Shown: positions 27,400 to 40,617, counted from the first letter of the stretch. The stretch: DNA of 64,000 nucleotides from Eledone cirrhosa (GCA_964016885.1 OZ024745.1:28644001-28708000); one strand, 5' to 3'. A program made the numbers and translations. Notes: generated from the sequence alone by a model not told the origin.

Positions 27400-27720
27400 C
27401 GACCAAGAGTTGTGCTCGATGAGGCCTTCAGACTAGTTGACCTCAAGTGAGGACAGACAGTTTTCTTCAGGAGTGTAGAAAACTTCTTAGAAACTCCCGC
27501 GCATTAGTGTTAGTGGAATACTGGAATGGTATATCGGATGCATGCAAAGTTTGTGAGGCTAGCAAATAGGGGAGGAGGGTGTAAAAACCTCAAAAAACTT
27601 ATCAAACAGTTCCAACTGTCTGAGAGATACTTCTTGAATTTCTTAAATGTACCAATGTGGACATGGTAAAACCGCATCATATCTAGTTAGGGCGTTCTGT
27701 AGGTCATTAGGAATAGCGCA
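27400..27720 (-). pseudogene. hAT transposase C-terminal (dimerization domain) relic
   Basis: Minus strand gives FASLTNFACI..TIP…LKK…LRS, heavily disabled. Confidence 0.4.
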
Positions 27721-28389
27721 GGTTATCCACAATTTAGAATAGTCGACTACACTACTGGTGGTGGTAGTGGTTTTATTCATATATAGCCAAATTGTCGACA
27801 GATTCAATTAAAACCAAACACAATCACAAAAACAGACGAAAAGGGGACGAGATGGTATATAAAATGGTAACATGAATAAGATAACTGTTTTATCAAAGGC
27901 AGTCGAAATGGACTTATACATTTTCAATCCCTACCGACAGTACACAGGTTTATTCGGGATCGCAGTGTCTAACGAGATAGTTAAACTGTCCAAGGATATT
28001 TTAAGGGACAAAGAACAGTTAGTAGTCTTTTACGCAATCAATTTCTTCCATCTAAAGGTGGGGAATTGGTATAACCTGCCTGTAAATAAAACCGTTCTAA
28101 GTTCTAAAAGACTCCATGCTATCATTGAAAAAAATCATGTTTAAAACATGGAATAGTTACAGAAAATTCAAAATATTTTTCCTTTAATTAGTTTTACTTC
28201 CATGCACAGAATATCAATTTGCTTCGTACATATCTTCAGAGGAAATTCATTAAAATAAAACGCTGTTGTATTCCACTTGTTTATCTCTCGGCGTAAATGA
28301 TAACGTATTAGACCAATCAAAGCTTAGAATCTTCTTAGGAATCGGTAGAGAAGCAGATAGGGGAATACATACACACGCAAACACACACG

Positions 28390-28552
<163 letters not shown>

Positions 28553-28753
28553 GTATATATATGTGTGTGTGTGTTATATATATATATAATTGAATAAACA
28601 AGAGAGATGAACACTAATATAAACATACATGTGTTCGAATCGTAAGGACTAGGTTAGCTAGGGTGAAAAAAATACTAACTACAGTTTGTCAGACTTAATT
28701 TTAAGTAGTAAATTAAGAAAAATAACAGACCTATATCGGGCAAATAGCCTAGT

Positions 28754-28835
28754 AACAACTAGACAGTTTTGAAAACTGTTTCGCAACATCTTATTAAGTG
28801 AAGTCAACACCTTTCTCTGCTCCTCAGTAGTTGTT
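28754..28835 (-). ncRNA. type I hammerhead ribozyme, near-canonical
   Basis: Minus strand: AACAACTA-CTGAGGA-GCA…TGC-GAA-ACAGTTTT-C-AAAACTGT-C-TAGTTGTT. 8-bp stem I, long stem III and GUC site. Confidence 0.88.
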
Positions 28836-29017
28836 GAGAAATTAGCGATCCTTCCACTTCTAAAAAAAAAAAATATTAGAACACTGAATTGTGCGTGATA
28901 TGAAATAGCGCATGTGTCTCGGAAAAGCTTTTTTCTTAGAGCTATTTAATTGTAAGAGACTATTCTGAATTTCTAACTCACTATATATTTGTCGGCTCCA
29001 TCATGTAGAGCTAATTT

Positions 29018-29186
29018 TAATTGTTTCTACGTTAGGCACAAAGCCAGCAATTACCCAGTGCATTACTGGTACTTTATTTTATCGACCCCGTAAGGATGAA
29101 AGGCAAAGTTAACCTCGGCGGGATTTGAACTCAGAATGGCAAGGGCCGTAACACTTTGCTGCAAAGCATGGCGTCCGACCCTCTAT
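29018..29186 (-). mobile_element. tRNA-derived SINE (Meta/MESC-like core)
   Basis: Reverse complement of the family consensus. Confidence 0.85.
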
Positions 29187-29316
29187 CGATTCGAACACAT
29201 GTATGTTTATATTAGTGTTCATCTCTCTTGTTTATTCAATTATATTACACGGCTTGGAAAAGCTTTTTTCTTAGAGATATTTAATTGTAAGAGACTACTC
29301 TGAGTTTCTAACTCAC

Positions 29317-29368
<52 letters not shown>

Positions 29369-29462
29369 TATAAGTATATATATATGTAAGTATACATACA
29401 TATATATGTGTATGTTTGTGTGGGTGTGTAAGTATATATACACACACACACACACACACACA

Positions 29463-29528
<66 letters not shown>

Positions 29529-29867
29529 AAATTTAAAATACTCTATTTTATATGTTGCGCTAGTTTTCTTCAAAATGTTATCGTTCATTTTTTTATTATT
29601 GGAGGCGTGTACAGAATTCTGAGGAAATTTCTGCTTCAGTAAATGTATGGCTAAATATCGTATTTACTTAATTAGCCATAATTAAGCTTGAAAAGACAGA
29701 TGGTTAACATAAATGATGGTTTTTCATTCAGGAAATGATCAACTTACAGAAGTACACAAACATTAGCAATGGATGTCAATGTGGCGGGCTCCAGTTACAA
29801 AGCTCTGGGAGGTGACATATATATATATATATATATGGTTGTATGGCTGTATACAAATACTTATAAT

Positions 29868-29900
<33 letters not shown>

Positions 29901-29904
29901 ACGC

Positions 29905-30047
<143 letters not shown>

Positions 30048-30071
30048 AGAGTGTGTGCGTTTGTAGTTTTC

Positions 30072-30138
<67 letters not shown>

Positions 30139-30189
30139 TTTTTGAATTTGTTTTGCAAGATTTCTTATCTGAAAACGTGTGTTGAAACA

Positions 30190-30420
30190 GATATTGTTAT
30201 ATTTTGGGAGGGTCATGCTGCCAATAAAAACACAAGCACCACTTGGTGTTCACTTCAATTTATTATAAATTCCCGGCTGGCTGGTTGGTTCGATAACTGG
30301 ATGGTTGTTTATATATTGTCAAAGCTCTTTCGTCACACATTCTGTGACCTCCTCAGTTACTGATTTCTTATTTTGTGTCTCTCCTTTGTCCTGTCCTACA
30401 CCATCTTGTTTTTGTGTGTT
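30190..30420 (-). mobile_element. solo Penelope pLTR with hammerhead (30318-30360)
   Basis: Reverse-complement homolog of 23130-23370: CTGAGGA-G-GTCACAGAATGTGTGAC-GAAAGAGCTT-TGAC. Confidence 0.75.
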
Positions 30421-30436
30421 ATCCCACACACACACA

Positions 30437-30495
<59 letters not shown>

Positions 30496-30829
30496 CCAAT
30501 TAATGCTTGTGTTGGTAATGAATTAACGTCTTATGATGAGTGTACAATTAGATCAGAAAATCGATTAAAGATGCTTATCATTTTTTTTTCTATTTACAGG
30601 GAGGGAAATCCGTAATTTGGGGCATGTTTACATGCCAACACATTAGATATGTGTGTATGTGTATATATATATATATATATATATAGGATAACAAGTTATC
30701 GTTATAGGTAATCCAGTTAGAGGTTGTGAGTACTCTGCGTTGTGGATAGTTTTAACGTACGGCTTTGTTTGACTCAACAAGACGTTTCCATAGTTATGCA
30801 CCGAGTTCGCGGTAATTTCTATGCAGGTT

Positions 30830-30941
30830 GTACTTCTGATGTGTTGACCAGAGGTAAATAATGTATTGGAGATCGAATGACGCAACCTCAAGCGATTAGC
30901 GAACTCTAGATTCTCCTGATCAACGAAACAATTGTCAGTAC
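30830..30941 (+). ncRNA. hammerhead-like motif with long stem II insert
   Basis: GTACT(T)-CTGATGT-GTTGACCAG…CTGATCAAC-GAA-ACAATTGT-C-AGTAC. One core substitution (A9 to U). Confidence 0.6.
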
Positions 30942-30987
30942 TTTAAATAAAGCCCTTATTGTACAGCCAACCATGTTACTCTTCATT

Positions 30988-31030
<43 letters not shown>

Positions 31031-31114
31031 TTAATCGATTTTCTGATCTAATTGGACCCTCCTCATAAGACGTGTTAATTCATTACCAACACGAACACTA
31101 ATTGGTCGATAGTA

Positions 31115-31870
31115 CCTCGGTGTTCGGCCTTTTAGGCCGCTTGATGATTCTCGTCCTCTCTAGCTTTGTGTTGATGGCCAGGGGACCTCCTCTATGCGAT
31201 GGTCGCTGCCTGTGTTGAAGCTATTCATGACGAAGGCGTCTGTGAAAATGTGTAGTTTGTTCACAAGAAGTCGATTTCGTTCTTCGTTGCACTGTTAAGG
31301 GAGATCCATGCCCATCGCCTGGAGGGTCTCTTTATGTAAAATATGTTCATGATCTTCAGTTGGCGACTTTCAACAAAGTTAATGAGGGCGTCATCTCTGC
31401 TGTTCTGCTGTTACGTCTACCGAGTTCATGGTGCCCGGTACAAGATTCGGATGGATCGCCTAGATCGATTTTAGTGTTGAAATCACCCATGATGATGTTG
31501 TAGTGTACTCTGTTGTTGCTGACAAAGTTGTCAATGTCCTTATAGGCCATGTCTACTTCCTCGTCATCATGGTTTGTTGTTGGAATATAAGCCTGGATGA
31601 CGTTGAGATGGTATCTGAGGTTGATCTTAATAGTAAGTTGGGCCACTCTGTCGTATATGCTTTTGAAGCTGGTGACATTACCATGAAGCTGACTCCTTTG
31701 AGACAGTTGTCGCTGCCTTTGTAGTATAAGTAGTGGCGTATCCGCCCTCTTCCCTTTTCGTCTCGCACATTCCAACGATATCAAACTTTATCCTCTCTAA
31801 TCCATCCTAAAGTTCCTGCATCCTGTTGTCCGTGGATAGTTATCTTCTATTGTACGTGCTGATATAAAAA
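31115..31870 (-). pseudogene. RTE-clade LINE APE endonuclease fragment
   Basis: Translates to VIQAYIPTTNHDDEEV…IIMGDFNTKI, with frameshifts. Confidence 0.8.
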
Positions 31871-31899
31871 CTCAATACCGAAGTAGAATTTAAATATCC

Positions 31900-32025
31900 A
31901 TTTATTATGGCTAAGCCTTGTTACTCTGGAGTCTCACCTGCGTACTCACCAGACAAGACTGGTGATACTGTGATTGCGCAGGTGAAACTTTAGAGTAACA
32001 AAGCTCACCAATAGCCATAATAAAT
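31900..32025. other. long imperfect hairpin (pre-miRNA-like or small MITE)
   Basis: TTATTATGGCTA/TAGCCATAATAA outer stem, a 27-bp middle stem with G-U pairs, and an inner TCACCAG/CTGGTGA stem. Confidence 0.6.
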
Positions 32026-32034
32026 TAATGTATA

Positions 32035-32110
<76 letters not shown>

Positions 32111-32223
32111 GGAGATGAATAAATTGGTTATAATACCAGCTTCTTGCCAAATGCGAAGAAGCTCGATATATTAACCCCTCAAGAAAGGGCACAGAGCATG
32201 TGTTTTTACAATATATATATATA

Positions 32224-32445
32224 CAGTGGTGGTGGAACGGGGGGGGGGGGCATGCCTCCCTCCAATAATTATATTTTTTCTCCCCTAACTACCAAAAACA
32301 CATCTATTTGGATATGCACTACAATTTATGTACATGTTATGTTTATCGCATATCGAAGTTTTCTTACCATTTTAGAGTGCAAAGAGCTAAACTAATCACT
32401 ACAACTAACCCCCCCCCCCATTCACAAATGCTTCCACCGCCCCTG
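32224..32445. mobile_element. hAT-like MITE
   Basis: TIRs CAGTGGTGGTGGAA and TTCCACCGCCCCTG. Partial relatives at ~38963-39035 and ~43360-43447. Confidence 0.6.
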
Positions 32446-32657
32446 GTATAACAGAGTTAAAAGGTTCTAAGTCCATTCCCTCCACCCCTCGCAGGCCAAC
32501 TCTAGGCAAACTTTACTTGTTGTCACTTTGAAAGCTAGATATGAACATTGTTACATTTTTAGTCTGTAATTTTTACATCTTAAATCTTAATCTTAGTCAA
32601 GGACAGCTCATCTAGTTACACCTCGTGGCGCATGGTTTGGTAACCACTAGTCTAACC

Positions 32658-32822
32658 GAGGGTTTCACAAACTTTTTCAAACGCAGAACTCTTTTTGGTT
32701 CAGAAACTTTGGGAGGGAACCCAAAGTATAATACTGTTATATAGTTGTAAAATAAATATACTCCTCTACTTTTTTCACAGAACTCCAAGTACTCGTTTGC
32801 GGAACCCACTTTGGAACCACTG
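32658..32822. mobile_element. hAT (Charlie-like) MITE
   Basis: Ends AGGGTTTCACAAAC and TTTGGAACCACTG. Confidence 0.5.
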
Positions 32823-33065
32823 ATTTAACCAATTTCACTTCCAAGTTTTCAGACGAAATGAGGCTGTAGTAAATGACACGTGTACAAGATATCAAGGGCG
32901 CCAGATTAAGTGGAGATTGCAAAAAGTGTTTAAAAAAGGTAGCATAGAAATGGAATAGGTTTTAAAAAACAACCACCAAAAACATAATGGAGCCATCCTG
33001 GAAGAATGAAGACATGGGCGGGTTTTGAACTCTGGACAGAAATGAATAAGGATAAAAAAAAAACA

Positions 33066-33118
33066 TCAACAACGATGGCTGTTATTGCAGACAGGCACAT
33101 CAACATTATAATTTTCAT
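33066..33118 (-). other. candidate exon start (coding part DENYNVDVPVCNNSHRC*) of minus-strand transcript
   Basis: Acceptor TTGTGTTCTAG|. Phase-compatible with the donor at 40436. Confidence 0.3.
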
Positions 33119-33152
33119 CTAGAACACAACGCATCATCATCTACATCATCAT

Positions 33153-33190
<38 letters not shown>

Positions 33191-33674
33191 CGCCATGAGG
33201 CACCTCTACGTGGTTGTTAGTTCTGCTAGAAAAGGAAACCAGATCTTAAAGAGACGTTGAATAACGTGGTTTTGGAATTCCTTGAGCATAGGGAAATAGA
33301 GGATGGTCGCGGCTGGAACGTCGTTGATCATAGGTTGGCTCGATCAAAGTTGACCTCGAGCAAAACATCACCTCCCAGCCGCACCCTCCAAACACACTCT
33401 GTCCTCTGATCTGCAGTGACAGCCTTATCAAATATCCTTTGATGTGACAGACACTTCACCGCGTTGACATTTAACTCACCTCCACACTACACCACCACCG
33501 ACAGTACCAGTACCACCACCACCACTACCACCACCAGCAAACCTAGCACCACCATCACCCTCAACAACAATACGAGCAGTATGTTATTACTTCCCACTTT
33601 ACCCCTATTTAACCGGCATCAATCTATCTTTCTCTCCCCTCACTGTGTTTATATATATATACATACATACACAC

Positions 33675-33733
<59 letters not shown>

Positions 33734-34173
33734 ACACACACACACACGCACACACATATATATATATAGGAATAATTTTGATCAATGTATGTGTGAATAC
33801 CCGGTTAAAAACATTAAGACCTTTTCAACGAAACTGGTCGATTTATTTTAATTTCGACATATCCCCGCCCTCACCACCACCCTACCCAATCCCTTACCTC
33901 CATCCTACCTAATCCCTCACCACCACCCTACCCAATCCCTCACTACCACCCTACCCAATCCCTTACCACCATCCAACCAAATATTTTGCATTATTTTATA
34001 TATTTTTTTTATATAGAAAAAATGAAAATTATGAAATGGAATGTGAGATTATTTTCTAAAATACATATTTATTTCAGCATAAAGAGGAACTGACCTGACG
34101 AGCAGTGTGTGTGTGTGTGTGTGTGTGTATGGTATTCGGCTGCCGCAAATGTCACGCACACACACACTGACAG

Positions 34174-34212
<39 letters not shown>

Positions 34213-34280
34213 GGAACGAGTAGGACCCCGACGGCTGAGCTCAAGCCGTTTCGACGGCTAATTCTGTATATATATATATA

Positions 34281-34460
34281 TAATTGTTTCTACCTTTGGC
34301 ACAAGGCCAGCAATTACCCAGTGTATTACTGGTACTTTATTTTATCGACCCCGTAAGAATGAAAGGCAAAGTTAACCTCGGCGGGATTTGAACTCAGACC
34401 ATAAAGGGCCGTAACTCTTTGCTGCAACGCATGGCGTCCGACCCTCTACCGGTACTGCCA
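34281..34460 (-). mobile_element. tRNA-derived SINE (Meta/MESC-like core)
   Basis: Reverse complement of the family consensus. Confidence 0.85.
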
Positions 34461-34644
34461 TATATATAATATAATTCAAAATGTTAATAAATGAGAAATA
34501 TTATCATAACCAAACTATATATTTTATTATACATATTTCAAGGGCACAATGGTGTTTCAGTACGTTTTCATCAGATAAAATATATAAGAGATTGGTTATA
34601 CGACATACCGCTAAGGTCTTGAATCTTCAATTCCTGTAGTGGTA

Positions 34645-34803
<159 letters not shown>

Positions 34804-34946
34804 CAAGTAAGTTTGTTTTGAAACAGCGAGTGAGTTTGAAATTAGAAATAGAAGCTTTCGCCGTATTTTTTTTACTAAAGAAATTTTAGCCTAATAGTGA
34901 GGTTTAGAACCCTCTAAGAAATGGAAAAAGATGAGTATTGACGTAC

Positions 34947-34986
<40 letters not shown>

Positions 34987-35024
34987 GAAAGGTATAGAAA
35001 GTATTGTAGCAAGAAGCCAACAGT

Positions 35025-35158
<134 letters not shown>

Positions 35159-35479
35159 AATGGAAGTACAGCATAGTCGAAGCTCGAGCCGCAGCTAAGC
35201 CAACGAATGCAATCAGAAGTGCAGCCAAGCACTCGATAACGTTATAAAACCTTAGAGTAATAACATTCCGTTTAAAGGGCTTTGAAAATTGAAGATAGTG
35301 ACCGGGTAATTCAGCCGCGGGGACCATAGCAACGAAAGAACTGACTGGCGAGAAAAAATACATATATACATAGAAATCTGGGACTTGTCTCCTTCTTCCT
35401 CACTTTCTGTTGCTTCACCATTTTGTTTGTTTACCCTCGCGTCCCCTATATATATATGATTATTAGGGCCATTTACTAC

Positions 35480-36130
35480 AATGGAAGCCATACCAAGACG
35501 GATGTTTCGTTGGGTTAAGTTGGGTTGGGTTGGGGGAGAATGTTTTCAACTTGTGTCTGTGGAATTGAACAAGAAATTGTTAGGAAGATAGGGAAGTGCC
35601 CGTAGAGGGGGGGGGGGGGGGGTATTGGAAAATATAGAAAGGACATTTTGGCCTGAGGAGGACAGACCTAGTATTTATAGTTGCTTTGTTCGTTACCTCA
35701 ACGAGATTCATCGCTGAAAACTCTCAGAATATATATATAGGGAATGTTCTAGGAAAAAAATATTTTCTCGTAAAAGATTAATAGTTGAGGACACTAATTT
35801 TTAAAAGGTGTTTCCTTGTGTGGAGGCATCGTGGGAAGAATTCTAGACGCGTGTTCAACGGACTATTGTTGTTGCGGAGATTATTCAATATCCACAATTT
35901 CTCGTCCTAATTAATCTGCTGGTTTTGAGCGCAATCTTATATGATGGAGATTGTTCCAGTATCTTCCATTTGGGAATTTATGTTCTTGTCACTGAGTTGC
36001 CATATTTTATAGGTATCTGAGGGTCGTCACGTGATTAACGAAACGGTTTTTAAACCGACTTTTGATATACCGACATGTTTCATATTTATTGTTTTTTTTT
36101 ATGTGAGCCCTGTGTGGCTAATAAAGAAAC
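35480..36130 (+). mobile_element. decayed LINE 3' end (L1/Tx1-like)
   Basis: Ends in T-rich …GGCTAATAAAGAAA like the Tx1 3' ends in this window. Possible Cys-motif relic near 35810. Confidence 0.4.
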
Positions 36131-36137
36131 AATTGTA

Positions 36138-36174
<37 letters not shown>

Positions 36175-36181
<7 letters not shown>

Positions 36182-37014
36182 CAAATAACGAAACGAAATT
36201 AAATTTCGTTTCGTTTGTAACTCACTTTTGTATGACTGACGCTTAAACAATTAAGTTAAAAATGTACATCCACATATGTATACTGAAATACTAGTATGCA
36301 TATGAATACACACACGTGTACATATGTAGATGTACCGAGTTTTTCCCTGGACATTTTACTGTGAGTGTCCAGCTATTCTGTATGTAAACACACAGTTTGT
36401 CTGTGTGTTTACATACAGAATAGCTGGACACTCACAGTAAAGTGTCCAGGGAAAAACTCGGTACATCTACATATGTACACGTGTGTGTATTCATATGCAT
36501 ACTAGTATTTCAGTATACATATGTGGATGTACATTTTTAACTTAATTGTTTAAGCGTCAGTCATACAAAAGTGAGTTACAAACGAAACGAAATTTAATTT
36601 CGTTTCGTTATTTGTTTTTATCGTCTCCGCTGAACCGGTACGTACTCACGCTCTATGCAAATTAGTCTGCCCACTACTAATTTTCATAGAAAAAGCATAT
36701 AACGATATGTGCTTTTACGATTCTCTAGAAAGGCCGGAAGATAGGTAAATATTGCTGATGAGATGTAACAACATCGAAACTAGTCCAATATTCCTTGTCT
36801 GGCTTTCTGGAGAATAGAGGAAAGGTGTTTCCTCGAAAACCAGTATGACTCTAAAAACCGGTTTGTCTGTGTGTTTACATACAGAATAGCTGGACACTCA
36901 CAGTAAAGTGTCCAGTGAAAAACTCGGTACATCTACATATGTACACGTGTGTGTATTCATATGCATACTAGTATTTCAGTATACATATGTGGATGTACAT
37001 TTTTAACTTAATTG

Positions 37015-37015
<1 letters not shown>
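36175..37015 (+). mobile_element. retrozyme-like / non-autonomous Penelope-type unit: inverted arm + 466-nt monomer + partial tandem repeat
   Basis: 221-bp palindrome arms at 36175-36395 and 36401-36621. Direct repeat 36395-36549 = 36861-37015. Hammerhead inside, (TA)n on both sides, no convincing ORF. Confidence 0.85.
36748..36792 (+). ncRNA. minimal type I hammerhead ribozyme
   Basis: AATATTG-CTGATGA-GATGT-AACA-ACATC-GAA-ACTAGT-C-CAATATT. Perfect stems I and II, palindromic stem III, GUC site. Confidence 0.92.
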
Positions 37016-37045
<30 letters not shown>

Positions 37046-37059
37046 ATATATATATATAT

Positions 37060-37163
<104 letters not shown>

Positions 37164-37322
37164 AAAAAGCAAACGGAAATAACAAAGCAAAAGCAAACGC
37201 CACAGTACAATGAAGAAATATATTAGTTTAAAGTTTAGCGTAGTAGGAAAAAAGTCTTTAAGTTTGTGTGCATGGATATACATACATACATACATACATA
37301 CATACATACATACATACATACA

Positions 37323-37358
<36 letters not shown>

Positions 37359-37359
37359 T

Positions 37360-37495
37360 ATGACCCCGACGACAGAGCTCAAGCCGCCGAAACGGCTTGA
37401 GCTCTGCCGTCGGGGTCATGCTTGTTCCTATTACCCTAAGTATTGAGTACTTTGGTGCGTTATGGTCCATCTGGTTCCTTACCAGAATTCCTTCG

Positions 37496-37497
<2 letters not shown>
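37360..37497. repeat. short dispersed (TA)n-embedded element with GC-rich hairpin (37360-37419)
   Basis: 27-bp stem ATGACCCCGACG…/…CGTCGGGGTCAT. Relatives at 2566-2607, 34211-34260 and 46258-46363. Confidence 0.75.
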
Positions 37498-37548
<51 letters not shown>

Positions 37549-37854
37549 TGGTTCTTAATTTAAGCAATATATGTAAGGGACTTATTTACCTTAACAAAGT
37601 GGGCGGGTATAACATCAAGGTGTTCGAAATATGTTAATTATACCCTGGATAAGTACATGTAACCACCATATCTCTGCTGGCTACCCCCTGGGACTACCCC
37701 AGGGGGTAGTGCTGCAAAGATTTACACCCCCATACACATATATGCGTTTATGAAGTGAGAAGGAGAGGGTGGGAGGCGTATCAATATTTTCTTACTCTAC
37801 TTTTCTGATTACTGGAGTAACACAGTTTATGTAGAATAAACACCACTATAAGTT

Positions 37855-37923
<69 letters not shown>

Positions 37924-38102
37924 ATATATGTATTCACACATATATATATATATATGTGTATATATATATATATATGTATTCACATATATATATATATGTA
38001 TATATGTATATATGTATTCACATACTTGTGTATATATATATTATTTAGGTTAGGCAACATTATGTCTAAATCAGTCACTTGGTTGATTTGTGTATGTAAA
38101 TA

Positions 38103-38225
38103 TTTGTTTCTACTTTTGGCACAATGCCAGCAATTGCTCCAGTGTATTACTGGTACTTTATTTTATCGACCCCGTAAGGATGAAAGGCAAAGTTAACGTC
38201 GGCGGGATTTGAACTCAGATCATAA
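38103..38225 (-). mobile_element. SINE 3' part (Meta/MESC-like core)
   Basis: Reverse complement of the family consensus. Confidence 0.8.
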
Positions 38226-38274
38226 AGAGAGAAATATTGTAAATATACAAGTGCGTATATAGATTGTACCGACG

Positions 38275-38317
<43 letters not shown>

Positions 38318-38424
38318 GAATATAAAATGAAAGTGCTTTTATAAAGGAACTTATTAGGTATTGACATACCATATTGTTCATCTCCAACGTGACGATATAT
38401 TATCACTACATTATTGATAACTTG

Positions 38425-38524
<100 letters not shown>

Positions 38525-38667
38525 TTAAAGACATTTTATGACATTATGAGCATCATGTATTCTGTCTTTTTCCATATAGCGCTGGCCTCGCCCCCCCCCC
38601 TTCTGGCCCTTTAACCTTGTTCTGCTGACGCAGCTCGATGGAGCACGCAACTATTGATATACTCTTG

Positions 38668-38726
38668 TTTATAGGCTCTGATGATTCCTGCCATGGGGTA
38701 TGGATGAAACACTGTTAGCTAATAAA
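38668..38726 (+). ncRNA. type I hammerhead ribozyme
   Basis: GGCT-CTGATGA-TTCC-TGCC-ATGG-GGTA-TGGA-T-GAA-ACACTGT-T-AGCT. Confidence 0.65.
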
Positions 38727-38880
38727 ACAATGTATTTCTAAGCACTCTTTGGTTATTCCTATAACTATAACGGCTCTGTAGTATACTAGTTATCCTACAT
38801 TGAGCTAAAACCACACTGTCATACCAAGGGCGGGCAATATATCTGCATGTCTGGGCATATTGATATATTTGTCAACGAAA

Positions 38881-38965
<85 letters not shown>

Positions 38966-39526
38966 AGCGGTGGAAGCATTTCTGAATCGTGGGGACCAAA
39001 TTTGGTCAATTTAGTTGTAGTGATTAGTTTAGCTGTTATTATCAAATATCAACCATTTTACGGAACCTGCATTACCCAGGTGGAAGTTAGTAAATCAGGG
39101 CACACACAATGAGTTAGTCAGTGGCAAACAACGGTGTTATGTTGAAACCCTATAAATAGCGAAGAGGTTAGTTATATCTAAATTAATGAAAGTTAGTAGA
39201 TTTACAATTTCAAATCATTTCTCATTCAATTAACAACGACCTAGCATCACTCACCCATACCACACTATTAAAAGGACACTCTGCATTCCTTCAAACAGTT
39301 ACGTTGTTTTCTAATTCTCCACACGATTTCGTCATAAATCATGCCTCAAAATAAAAGATATTAATTAGCGATTTTGTGGTTTTATTCATTTGTAAATTTC
39401 CTATCAATTTGATTGGAGAAAATCGTTTTCCCCGCGGCAACATCACATCAACCTCAACAAACAACTACAGCTGCTGGTTTCACCGTCAATGGCAAGAATT
39501 ACAGATACAATTCTTCCGACTCAATA

Positions 39527-39579
<53 letters not shown>

Positions 39580-39870
39580 TATTAACCCCCCCCCCCCACC
39601 CATACACACACACCACTTTCTATGGAGTCAACCACCCACCCTTCACTTCACACTCACTACAACTACAATGATCAAGCAATGACAAATCACATTTACCACG
39701 CACGATGTATATATGTATGTGTGTATGTATGTGTGCATGTATGTGTGCATGTATGTGTCTGTGTGTGTTTAACAGAAACCAAGTCATAACTCAAATGCGT
39801 CAATGGTATGAATTCAGATAAGTTAAGATGTATTGAATGACGTAAACAACAATATAATTATATATTTTAT

Positions 39871-39972
<102 letters not shown>

Positions 39973-40173
39973 TCCTCTGACTCTTACCCATGCAAGGAAA
40001 CAGGATGCCTCCCATCCGCAGGTGTCACAGAGTTCAACCACACACAATTATTTAATATAGAAATGGCTTCTACGAGACTAGAACTGTTTCATTCGTATGA
40101 ATCATGTTTACACTCTACTAATATGTATTGAGTATCTTATTAACTGTGGTTACCCCATGTGTAACTCGGATCT

Positions 40174-40209
<36 letters not shown>

Positions 40210-40435
40210 GATTGTCTGAACCAGGGTTCACTCGCTCCTCAGAGGCCTTGAAGGACATTATCGGAGGCAGCTGAGAAAGCGAATTACTACATCTGGCTCA
40301 AAAGAGAAGATGAATAAGTCGTCTGACACATTGAGGGGGATGAAGACGTCTCGTTCAAATTCATAACACCAGACCCATTGAATTTCATATTGTTCTGGTG
40401 AGTTGAAGTGGACATAGTCACGACATCAAACTCAC

Positions 40436-40617
40436 CTAAGATTGTGTATATTGCGCAGAAGTTCCTACATCTGGGGGTGGCCTTGAGTAGCTTTGGTGGC
40501 CTAAACATCTACAGAGTTACTTCGGTGCCTGGAGAGACACCGACTCCTGCATTTAGGGACGGAGTACATCAGCACCCTCAGCACAGATCTGTGTTTACCC
40601 CGCATCGATACATATAA
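40436..40617 (-). other. candidate exon containing small-ORF start MFRPPKLLKATPRCRNFCAIYTIL
   Basis: Acceptor TTACTATTGCAG|, strong donor TTAG|GTGAGT, non-repetitive sequence. Confidence 0.45.

Noticed and set aside
27872-28144. 90-aa non-repetitive ORF
   Set aside because: No recognisable motif. It is probably part of the adjacent decayed transposon sequence and cannot be supported as a gene.
34090-34155. CTGACGA-GCAG…CTGC motif
   Set aside because: The GAAA core and stem III are missing.
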